DNA of 64,000 nucleotides from Plasmodiophora brassicae (Eukaryota): NCBI GenBank assembly GCA_036867785.1, contig CP145427.1, positions 558,001 to 622,000 of the forward strand, read 5' to 3'. Shown piece by piece: positions 23,222 to 33,845 of this stretch (position 1 is its first letter; each line of letters starts with the position of its first letter). The notes under the pieces were generated by a model. It saw only the letters and a program-made list of their open reading frames with translations, ran no database searches and was not told where the DNA came from. The position numbers and the translations under genes were made by a program.

Positions 23222-25027
23222 CGACAAAGCGTGGAGGGGGATAAGGAAGGCGCAGCGCTGCGTAGAACGAGGAACCGCTGGGCTCTCGCAGTAAACGATC
23301 TACAAAACGTGGGGGCCTCGTACGTTCTGCGCTGGCAGTTGCCCGTTGTGGCGGGTACCTGAGGACAGCACGCTGGGCCCGATTTTTGTAATCAGGGCCC
23401 GATTTTCTTGTCCAGACTGCGCGGACGTCGGAGCCAGAGCTCAGGAGCCATGTGCGTTGGCAGCAGCGTGGCGTCGTCGTCGCACGCTCTCCATACGTCA
23501 TACGGCGTAATCGATGCGTTGGCGCAACGTGACCACTTGATGCAAAGCCTTTCGGTCGGCGGCTACGTCCTTTGTCGGGACGGCACTCTTGCCTTCGATT
23601 CGTTGACGGCTCAGACCGAATCACCTCGACACTATCGATCGAGTTCGCGCGCGCTGATGAAGCAGTCGACGGCGTTGTCCTGCGCCATCACGGCGATGGT
23701 TGTGTTCCCCTGGACCAACCAGTATATGTGCACTGACCAGCGCGCATTGTACAGGACACGTCTTGCGTCTTTCTCACAATGGTCACACGGGTGAAATTGC
23801 GTGCATCCAGAAAGAACACGGCCGTTGGACTATCCTGAAGACGGCTCGGGAAGCAGATTGTATGTCGATTTATATATTCGGGGCGCAGTTACCTGTTGTA
23901 GTAATGTTATGATTGTACAGGTCGCCTGTACGTCAACCACGTCCGACTTCACTACGGCGAGCTCGAGCGCATCGAAGTGGGAGTGCATATATCCGTCACG
24001 TCAGCCGACAAGACGACTTTGTTCGCGTCGATCCAAATCTTGTGATATTTAATGAAGTGGATACCGAAGAGCACATGGCTACTTACGCGATAGACCAATC
24101 GGGCGGAGCGATATACTGACAGCCGGCTAGCAAAGGCGTCAGTATCGCTCCGCCCGATTGGTTTATCGTGTAAGTAGCCATGTGCACTTCGTTATCCACT
24201 TCATTCACAGGATTTGGAGGCATGCGAAAGTCGTCGTCTTGTCGGCTGACGTGAAGGAAATAAGGACTCCAACTTCCAGGCGCTCGAGCATGCCATGGCG
24301 AACTCGGACGTGGTTGACGTACAGGCGACCTGTGCAATCATAACATTACTACCTGTACAACAGGTAACTGCGCCCCGAATATATAAATCGACATACAATC
24401 TGCTTCCCGAGCCGTCTTCAGAATCGCCCAACGGACGCGATCTTTATGAATGCTGGCAATTTCACCGGTGTGGCCGTTCTGCGACAGACGCAGGACGTGC
24501 CCTGTACGATGCGCGCTGGTCAGTGCAGGTATACTGATTCGACCAGGGGAACACAACCGTCGCCGTGATGGCGCACGACAACGCCGTCGACAGCGTCCTC
24601 ACTGTGCGCGAACGCGATCGTGATGACGTGACACGGTCTGACCCATCGACGAAGGCGAGAGTGCCGTCCCGGCACAGCACGTAGCCGCCGATCGTCAGGG
24701 TTTGCATCACGGGGTCACGTCGCGCCAATGCACCGATTACGCCGTATGACGTATGAAGAGCGTGCGACGACGACGCCACGCTGCTGCCAACGCACATGGC
24801 TCCTGGGCCCTGGCTCCGACGTCAGTGCAGTCTGGACAAGAAAAATCGGGCCCTGATCTCAAAAACCGGGCCCTGCTCTGACTGTGCTGTCCTCAAGTGC
24901 CCGCCACAACGTGGCAACTGCCAACGCAGAACGTATCTGGCCCCCGCGTTTTGTAGACCGTTTACTGCGCGAGCCCTCTTTCTACGCAGCGCTGTGCCTT
25001 CCTGATCCCCCCTCCACGCTTCTGTCG
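23222..25027. repeat. ~1.8 kb imperfect palindrome; arms ~23222-24120 and ~24138-25027 with a ~17 bp spacer
   Basis: Centre GCGATATACTGAC-agccggctagcaaaggc-GTCAGTATCGC; the arms encode matching peptides on opposite strands (MCVGSSVASSSHALHTSYGV, ILKTAREAD, VACTSTTS). Confidence 0.93.
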
Positions 25028-25311
25028 CTGCCGGATTCGGTCTCCGCGACGACGCAGCATCTCGGCATTGGTCCCGCTGGGGCCCCGGCCCCGACGCCTC
25101 GCGTGTCCCCGCCCGTGTTCTGCGCCAGACGCAAGACGTGCGTGCCCTGTTGTATACTGTGCCTTTATGGCGGAAGAAGGGCAGGGAAGGTCTCACAAAA
25201 ATGCGCAGTCACAAAACTGCGCCGGTGACCTCCGCCAGAATACCGGTCCTGTACATACCTACTTACCTATCAACAAGGTTTAACAGCATCCAGCGCATTG
25301 GATTTGTTTAT

Positions 25312-28117
25312 TCAACCCTGCCATCCGCACCCGTTCGAAGGATGCGAGCCCGGGCACCGACGTTTCTTAAAATCTGTGTGCGCGAACTGGTCCCCCCATC
25401 GTCTAGCGAATTCGTCGTCATCATCGTTACAATGTCGCCTCAAACAGTTCAGGACGGGGGTCAGGACATTATAATAGAACGTTCTCATGGACGGCGTGAA
25501 CGAATTCTTGGCCCTCCCTGCACACTGGATCTCAATACGCCGCATCGTTCGCAACTTCGCGTGCGTATCAATGTTCGACATGTCCCGATCAGCGACGTCA
25601 AAATCGCCTGCTTCACGACGACGACGTTTCCCGGATCGAGGTTCGGGTTCAAGGTCATTACGTGGTTGCTCGTCAGAAATTCCACCTGCCTGTCGCCCAT
25701 TGCCAGCAATGGGAACGTGGGCACGCGGTTGTGATTGATGAAGTCCTCGTTCAGCGTCTGCGTTGAAGGCATCGTTATTGTTGGCGGGCGCATCTCCACT
25801 GGAATCCTTGTCGCTAGACACAGCAGGTCGTGCCCGGTTACGCCCACGAGCAGAGCGGCGCTGGTCGGCATTGTTATCGGCAGAATCAGGAGCATGACGA
25901 TCTTGAACTCCTTGTAGAGCATACTTTCTTGCAAGTAGCTCAACAAGTTGTCCTGTCAAGTCGCCGAACCCTTTCGCTTGCATCAGCGCAAGAATGTTGT
26001 CGATTTTCGCGTCGATACTCTGATCCCTCGCCTGCAGGATAGCTTGTGAGAGTGCTATGATGTTTCTGGTCTTGTTCGGAGCCAGCACTCTTTGAGCAAC
26101 CAAATTCTCGACGAAGATCCGTACATGCCTAAACAAATCCGGCAGGCCGCCGATGGGATTCTCGTTCAGAGCCACCAGTTCTCTATGGTCGGACATGTGG
26201 ATCGCCTCCCATGTGTAATCGACGGTTAACAAAGCGCTTCGCCTGTTGACGAGTCAGTTCCGAAATTGCGTTAGGTTCACATGAATGCGAATTACTTCTG
26301 AAGCGATATCATCTTCAGGAAAGCTGCTGCCGATCCGTAGTACCGTTTAGCGCTTTCAACGGTTTTGTGCCGTGCTGACAGCATGATCTGCCCCAGTTCA
26401 CCTTTCCCCCAAATAGCTAACAAATAGCCAGTTTTTCGGAGGGTATGCGTTCCCCAAACTCGCCCGTCATCGCGTCCAACAACGTCCGAGAGCAGCTTCT
26501 TCAGTCTACGGACACGATTCGCCGTCAAATACACATTCGTAAGTGCACCATACGAGACCTACTGGTTGTTAAAGGTGGTGAAATCGAAGCAGTCACTAGA
26601 ACCCTTCTTCTTGGGAAATAGGTAACCCGACGTTATGCCTGATACGCTGAGCCACAGTAGCAGGTGGCTAACCAAGCATAGTTCGGGAACGTCTGTACAG
26701 CGCCTTATCTGTCCACAAACTATATAATACGGACGCAACCAGACGGCAAGCGTAGGCAAAATAAGGCCGTGCAACCAGTTCTACCAGTTTTGCAACCAGT
26801 CTACCGGGTACCCCCTCTACGAGACCATGGCGGGAAACCGTCGCGCCAAATCCTCCGCGCTTCCCGACGACGGCGTCCGCAGCGAATCGGCAGTTTCCAG
26901 TGACGAGATCGACATGGCAAGGCTTCGCAACCGTCGTGGCAGGGGACGGAGATGGCGTCTTCCTGCGCAGAGGCGCACCCGGATTGAGAGGTTGGCGAAG
27001 ACTGGCGTTGAAATCGCCGCTCAACGCCACGGTATCCAGCTGCCCATATCATTAACGGGACAAACGATCCATCAGCCTTGCCCTTGATCTTGACGCCCAT
27101 GCAGTTAACGTCGCCATTATCGGGATTGACAGATACCAGACTCGTCAGAATGTCTTCAATTCGGAATGGACACCCTTCGGCGGATCGGAGGAAGAGCTGG
27201 CAGTGGAAAAGGATCATCGTATAGAGACGAAGTCCCTCATACCGATCTGCGCTGAGTAGCGCTTTGCGAATGGCGATCAGTTCATGTGGCATCAGAGGCG
27301 AATCACCTTGCGCAGTGTAATCAACGAGGTCGATTTGTGTCACGCGACGGTACCGGTTCTTCACGTTCTGATGCGATCGCGGGCAGCCCGATCTCCACAA
27401 GCGCGGGACTCCAGCGTGAAAATTACACGAGACATTATTGTCCCGGTACGCGACAATACACGCAGGACATGGTTCTGAGTACTGTCCGCTCTGGTGCCTC
27501 GCAACATGCAAATCACTGACAGCTGACAACAGCTGGTTGCATGAGTTCGGATCGTTCCAGGCACCCGTTGCGAGGATAGGCTGTCTCGAGAAGTAATCCA
27601 GAACGGGACCAACGCGATGAGAACTGACGGCATCGTCACGATGCACAACAACGGGAGTGCCAGGTGGCAGGACCTTGAAATCGATGAACGCCATGAGTGT
27701 GTCTGCACTCATCGATGGACAGAATTCGGTGGGAGCTCGCTCGTCGAGAATGATCAATGACTCAAAATCACCAATTCGTTTGCAGAACAGAGCCAGCTGA
27801 CGGTAGAGCTGCTTGTACTGCTTGTGCGAGTTCTGCTTCAGGACGCGATTGCCAGTCAGTTGCCCGCCGTGAGCTGAGAAGCGCAGGCCCATGCGGGCCA
27901 ATGCCTCGCCGACTCTCTGCCGAACCACATCTTCTTGCGACGTTGTGAGCGGACGCATTCGCTGTTGCACACCGTTGTCGACCAACTCGTCAACTGCAGA
28001 CGCCCCGAAAGACCGCCTCTCTTGCCGAAGATTGCGCCGACGGGGTCGCAGTGCCCCCGACCCCGTAGGGGGAAGGGTACGGGGAAGGAGAGGGGAAGGT
28101 GCGGGGAAGGTGGCCAT
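25312..28117 (-). mobile_element. Crypton-like tyrosine recombinase gene, spliced model ~785 aa
   Basis: Catalytic R (FLRSAE), K (KIKGKAD), HxxR (HTLR), H (SARHK) and Y (AKRY). Introns 26506-26562 and 26243-26295 are canonical; removing 26693-27030 as well restores one frame. Confidence 0.85.
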
Positions 28118-28168
28118 TTTGCAACCGGATAACGTCTTTCCTATAGATTATTTGTCAGGATAACGATG

Positions 28169-28298
28169 TATATATTCGGGGCGCAGTTACCTGTTGTAGT
28201 CAAGGTATGATTGTACAGGTCGCCTGTACGTCAATCACGTCCGAGTTCGCCATGGCATGCTCGAGCGCCTGGAAGTTGGAGTCCCTATCTCCGTCACG
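28169..28298 (+). repeat. Third partial copy of the palindrome-arm sequence
   Basis: TATATATTCGGGGCGCAGTTACCTGTTGTA...CTCGAGCGCCTGGAAGTTGGAGTCC matches ~23871-24000 (direct) and ~24248-24385 (inverted). Confidence 0.9.
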
Positions 28299-29728
28299 CG
28301 TCGACGATCCCGCTTAGCTTGGCCATGAACGACGGGCGCCGGCAGTGTGGGCACTGAAGTGTGATCATCGATCGGATCATGGATCGCGGACACCCAACGT
28401 CGACATGACGCAGACGTACGCCGTTGCTCGATGCGGTTCATGTAGGCGAGCTGTTCGGCGGCGGTCAGCTCGGAGAAGAACCCGGCACGGTCGTTCGCCA
28501 GCGTCTCCTGCAGGTGCTGGTAGATGCTGCACGACACGCCGCGCCACTCGTCCGTGTCGACGGTCTGGCTGCGGCGCACCTCCAGCCAGGTCGACGTCTT
28601 CGACATCGCCGACACAGCGGGCCGGGGCTGGGACGGTTCGGCAACCGGGCGCGTTGCGACCGCCAGCGCATGCCCCGGAGATCCATCGCGCGAGCCGCAG
28701 CGTTAATCCACGATGCCTTGCGTCCTGGGGAAACATCAAGATCAGATCAGTTCCTTACGAGCGGGCAAACGATGCCTGCCTTCACGATGTCAGGTCTGGG
28801 TTCACTCCGGATGGGGGCTCGCTGGGATTTGGCTTTCAGAGTCGCGAAATCGGATCTAGCAATGCTGCCACTCGGAAGCAGAACGTCGTCCTACACCTGC
28901 GGGTGCCTTGGGAAGAGTTGCAGCAGCAGCACGTTCGTTGGCTTATATGCCGAGTCCAGCAGTGACTCGTTGGCCGTAACGTCTCATGACGACATTGCCC
29001 AGCGAGGTGTGGCAGAGAGCCTCGATGATAACGCCCGCTAATACGGTAGGTCGAAAACCAGCGAAATGCGCATCAGACACCCTTCGCCACCAGCGACTAT
29101 TACACTGACGCACTGAAACGAGGTCTCCGTTTGGTTGCCACTGCTATGCATTCGCCGCCCATACCACGGACGACGAAACGAGGACACCAAACCACCTGAA
29201 CAACATGAATCGACCGGCGAGCCGTTCGAGAAGGAACTTCGACGGTGGAATAACCACCGTTGAATGCCAATGCAGAAGAGCTCCGTCGATGTTTACGTGT
29301 AGTTCCAGGACAACGAGCAGTGTTTCAACTGGTCGCGCGATGATGGCGCCTGACTTCAAGGAGCCGGCCGGTCGATGTCAACATCGGTTCCCGGCGAAAC
29401 TTGTTTTGTCGGGTCTACCAATTACCTAACGAACGCCAATCACGCCTGATCGACACAGCAGTCACTGACATCTTAGGAATGGCAGTATTTCTTACAGTAC
29501 AACAGTACAATCATCCAGATGACGTATTCCTTTAAGACGACGTTTAAGACGACTTCGAGTTCCAATATTTTCTGGGACTGGTTCTTCGCCAGACGCCAAG
29601 CATACGTGTGAACATCTCACCCTAGCAACCATATTAGGGCACCCTCTCGTATATCGCCCCGGAAATGCTTGACCCGGGTCATCATCCAAGTGAGACCCGT
29701 GGGCCTCAAGGATCGACCCGGTTCAGAC

Positions 29729-29818
29729 CCGACTCGACACGTCCTTGACCCGCCCGACCGGTTGATATAAATACCGACTCGACTCGTCCTTGACCCGCCC
29801 GACCGGTTGATATAAATA
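29729..29818 (+). repeat. Two 45-bp tandem repeats, each with a TATAAAT box, upstream of the effector candidate
   Basis: CCGACTCGAC(A/T)CGTCCTTGACCCGCCCGACCGGTTGATATAAATA present twice. Confidence 0.9.
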
Positions 29819-29882
29819 TCGCGCAGATTTCAACGGACCGTAACGTCAGCACGTCGCTGAAAGCAGGTTGGCTTCGTTCCGG

Positions 29883-32339
29883 ATGGCGTCGGTTCCCGTC
29901 GCTGTTGTCGTACTTGCATGCACTCTGCTGGCAACTGGGGGCGCGTCTCGTGACAGCTCTGATGATCGGTTTGTGAAATGTCTTGCAGACGACCTGACAC
30001 CAAGGCTCTTTTCGAACCTTGACGACACCGACGTCCGCAACCTGACAGAAGTGTCGAACAGCCTGGTCCTGTCTTCTAACGCTCGGGACGCTTTGCGCAT
30101 TCAGCGCCAGTGGAAAATGCTGTTCAAACCAGAAGCCCGTCTGGACACACTTCTCTCCTGTTTCGAGGATCCATGCCGACTTCGCTATGTACCGGTTGAA
30201 TGGGCGCGCAGATATCTTCGTGATCACCGGGTGCCGTTGCGTCCCCAGATCCTACTCCTTGACCACCTGTTCAACATTGGACATGATATTGACGAAGGCC
30301 GTTTCGAAATCATGCTCAAGACGATGGCGGTCGATTGGCGATTGGCTGACGGGTATGCCCTTGGAGTTGCTATACGACACACATCCCAGCTGTACGGCGA
30401 CGTCCAGCACCGGAAGCGTGCTCTGTATGCCTTTCGATTCCTTCGCCAGCATCATGTCGCGTTTCATGATGTCGCACACTTTGACGGTTACGCGGCAGCA
30501 GCATCCAGAATACTTGCTGCGGCTAATTCATACCCCGTCCCGTACGACGAACGAGATGAGATTACGGCCGCCCTGTTGGAATTGCTTCCTGAACACCGCC
30601 GCGACCTGGTACGGGTGGTCCTATCAGGTCTGGCGTTCCTCATGATCCACAGTGCGATCCTGCTACCGGGACGGAATCGCGACTTCAAAGATGACCTACT
30701 GAAGGTCAAGGTGGCACATGGAATGAATCTTTGTAGGTACAGAGGTCGAAATCCCGGCGTCGCAATACCCGAGAAAGATCGTTTCGATGTACTCGTGAGT
30801 GCAGCCGTCGCTGTAGATGACTTCCGCACGGCCAACCAGCTCATCGCGCTGGGGTCTGGAACGTTGTGTGTAATGGAAATATCTGAATATTGGAATCCGG
30901 ACAAGAACGGAGCGTCTACATTCGCGAAGCAAATTATGACGTTTCATCCTGATTACGAGGACCTGGACGATATCTACATGACGATATGGTACAAATTCGA
31001 ATCGTACAGGCAGCACTTTGGAATGGCTGATGACAAGAACCCCATGCTGCTGGAGCCCTGTTTGAACGCCCTTCGTCGACGATACGGCGCGCAATTCGAC
31101 GAGTGTGATTGGAAGCGACGCGTCCTGATCCGTGCGATTGGTGTTGATAATCCATGGTTCCCTAACGAAATGCCGCTGACCATGTTCGATGACGGCGCTG
31201 TGATCCTCAGTGGCTCGGGTGTCGCCGCTCTCACCAATGTCGACGTCTGCCGTGTTCGTGATCCCGTCAGCGCCTTGGATCACCTAGCGCGACACGCCAC
31301 CGACGCCAACGTCCAGGAGGCTCTGCGTCACGTTAACGAACACGGGTACACTGTCTTCCACAAGGAATGCATGACCGGCGATATCGTACATTGGATCCTG
31401 CTCCGTGCATCAAACCTGGACTGGGTCTGGGCAGCACTGAACCGTCTAGAGTCTGGTGCATCCTGTATCGAACACTGGTTACGTCAACGGAATCCCTGCG
31501 ACGACAAACCCGTCACATCTATCCTCACGAACCTGGCCGCCGCCAATGGGACCATGTCTGCCTACGAAGTCGCGGTGATGGCCTGCGCGGGCAGTCCTCG
31601 AGGCATAGTCGCGTTGTTGACATGGCCGGCTTCGATGGCCTTGACCATCGACCATCTAGCACGTCGCCGCGTATTGCACATGAAACCTCATCACGCGGAC
31701 CTCATCAAGTCGAAGATCGGCGACCAACCGCTCGGCCCAATGCTGAACTCGATCCGCGCTCTTGAAGGCGACAGCGCCCTTCAGGCGTTCCTTCTCGAGC
31801 GTTATGACGGGTTGTCACCGATCCACTGGGCCGTCATGATGGATCAGACTGCTGTGGAGATTGTCATGGAGCAAGCGCAACGCCTGGGTATTCTTACTGA
31901 GGTTGTTGTGCGCCGCGACGTTCCTGCTCGGTGGACGATCCTGCATACGGCTGCGATTAACGTTATCCATTGGTTATACTACTCCGCCGCGGCGATGTCC
32001 ACCGGACTCTTGACTGATCGGTTGCTGTACCGTCAACGCTTGAGCAGGCAGTTGGAGATGCTGTTCCAGATAGTACTCTCCCTGCCCGCCAGGTTGGCGT
32101 CAGTGGACGACTTTTGCCGGCTGGTGAGCACGCGTGATTATCGCTCCAGGGACACGTTCGTTGACATACTGCAACGTGCCCGATTCGGACACGACTTTTA
32201 CTTCGCCCGGGACCCCTTCCCAAGTATCCTCTACGATAGTGTCGTGAACAGACACGTCAACGACATGACCGCGTTCATCCGGCAGCATTGCAGATCGTTC
32301 AATCCGTCGTCACTGCTTGAACTCCTGAACCGTCGCTGA
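29883..32339 (+). CDS. Secreted protein with F-box-like N-terminus and ankyrin-like repeats
   Basis: Signal MASVPVAVVVLACTLLATGGA; LADDLTPRLFSNLDDTDVRNLTEVS; ankyrin-like GYTVFH, GLSPIHWAV, RWTILHTAA; intronless. Confidence 0.7.
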   Translation: MASVPVAVVVLACTLLATGGASRDSSDDRFVKCLADDLTPRLFSNLDDTDVRNLTEVSNSLVLSSNARDALRIQRQWKMLFKPEARLDTLLSCFEDPCRLRYVPVEWARRYLRDHRVPLRPQILLLDHLFNIGHDIDEGRFEIMLKTMAVDWRLADGYALGVAIRHTSQLYGDVQHRKRALYAFRFLRQHHVAFHDVAHFDGYAAAASRILAAANSYPVPYDERDEITAALLELLPEHRRDLVRVVLSGLAFLMIHSAILLPGRNRDFKDDLLKVKVAHGMNLCRYRGRNPGVAIPEKDRFDVLVSAAVAVDDFRTANQLIALGSGTLCVMEISEYWNPDKNGASTFAKQIMTFHPDYEDLDDIYMTIWYKFESYRQHFGMADDKNPMLLEPCLNALRRRYGAQFDECDWKRRVLIRAIGVDNPWFPNEMPLTMFDDGAVILSGSGVAALTNVDVCRVRDPVSALDHLARHATDANVQEALRHVNEHGYTVFHKECMTGDIVHWILLRASNLDWVWAALNRLESGASCIEHWLRQRNPCDDKPVTSILTNLAAANGTMSAYEVAVMACAGSPRGIVALLTWPASMALTIDHLARRRVLHMKPHHADLIKSKIGDQPLGPMLNSIRALEGDSALQAFLLERYDGLSPIHWAVMMDQTAVEIVMEQAQRLGILTEVVVRRDVPARWTILHTAAINVIHWLYYSAAAMSTGLLTDRLLYRQRLSRQLEMLFQIVLSLPARLASVDDFCRLVSTRDYRSRDTFVDILQRARFGHDFYFARDPFPSILYDSVVNRHVNDMTAFIRQHCRSFNPSSLLELLNRR

Positions 32340-33062
32340 GAACGACTTCATCCTGGACTGCAGGTGATACACGTTGCTTGATTGATAACAGTGTGGTCTG
32401 GTGATAGATTCACGAAGTTAGGACTTTAATTTCGGAGTACATTTGCACGATGGGACTAATTCAGATGAAACGCAGCGGTAGACATTATAGCAGTCGTCAC
32501 TGCCGCCCGACGACCAACCAGGCGTTGTCGAGTTTGTAACGTTGACCTGTCGACGGGCGCGCGGCGAGCACGACAACGTGGGCGCTGGAATCCGAACAAG
32601 GGTGAAGCACGTACGCGTGGACTGGCCGACGAAATCTCGTATGTCGCGGCCGACGACGGCGCCCGACCGTCAGGACCGAGTGTCGCGGCCGGCAAATGAT
32701 GAAAACGACGCCGGACGAACTGGACCCAAAGGCCAACGCGTTGCACGCTCCCGTTAGGCTCCCTCGATGCAGGCAGAGCGCCAGACGGCCTTGAGGAGCG
32801 TTGAGCGCAGGCACACGAGGACCCCGACGCAGGGCGGCAGCGCATCTGCCATCGGGACAAGATTCACTGGTCCCAGACGTACAACACGACGAGGGCAGAG
32901 CAGATACGCACGAACGCGTAGTCGTACATGTCGTACGATGCGGTCTGCAAAGGCATCCCCATGAGTTACCGGGAAGACCAGGTCGGTGTCCTTCTGGAAC
33001 AGGTGGGCGTATAGTTCCACGACGCTTCAAGTGGACTGACTGCGGACAACGGCTCGCCATGC

Positions 33063-33594
33063 TCGAGCCTGACCTCGACCGCATTGAAGCAGGGATGATA
33101 GTTGCGACGATGCCGAAATACCTCACGCAAACGGCAAAGGCGTTGACCCGTGCGTTCTGATGTCGGGCCAAGTTTCGTTTCATCCTGGCGGCCATCTGGT
33201 CACAGGCCGCTTGAAGTTCTCTTCGTCCAGATACCCTTTATCGGCTACTGTGACTTCGCCTCGGACGGATTGTGTGTGGGTTGCGGGCGGTGTCCCAAGC
33301 GGCGAGTGGCCGGATTTGAAGCTGGCTCGCTCCTGCTAGGTACGTCGACCATGTCCGACAAGGCGAGGTCACAGTAGCCGATAAAGGCTATCGGGACGAA
33401 GAGTACTTCAAATGGCCTGACGCAGGGGACCAGATGGCCACCAGGATGAAAACGAATCTTGGCCCGGCATCAGAACGCACGGGTCAAGGCCTTTGCCGTT
33501 TGGCGTGAGGCATTTCGGCATCGTCGCGACTATCGATCACCCCAGCTGCTTCAATGTGCGGTCGCAAAGTCAACGCGGTCGAGGTCACGCTCGA
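33063..33594. repeat. Long imperfect inverted repeat; arms ~33063-33266 and ~33353-33594
   Basis: For example CCTTTATCGGCTACTGTGAC vs GTCACAGTAGCCGATAAAGG, and TTGACCCGTGCGTTCTGATG vs CATCAGAACGCACGGGTCAA. Confidence 0.9.
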
Positions 33595-33845
33595 CCCTGG
33601 CGGGATTCCTACAATTTGTAAAGATTAGTTCAGTATACATGCCGTGCCGAGCTTACGTATATTTGGGCAATCCATGAGTCGGGGGGTTAACCCGGCATGG
33701 GCGGATCACATGCCGACGGGTTTCGTTCGCCGTGATGTCGCGTCGAAGAAGCGACCGGCCGCGGTGGCCTGGTTGTGGGCGGGTTGGCCAATGAAAGTCC
33801 GTGGCTGTGTGATCTGGCAGTGCGTCGGCGGTGTCGCGCGTACCA

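Noticed and set aside
25312-28117. DIRS retrotransposon or prophage integrase interpretation
   Set aside because: No adjacent RT/RNase H or phage genes, and the gene has spliceosomal introns
28300-28620. Short GC-rich coding-like fragment on the minus strand
   Set aside because: No recognisable family and unclear boundaries
28740-29480. Possible DDE transposase relic (LHVNIDG)
   Set aside because: A single short motif among multiple stops is not enough to call
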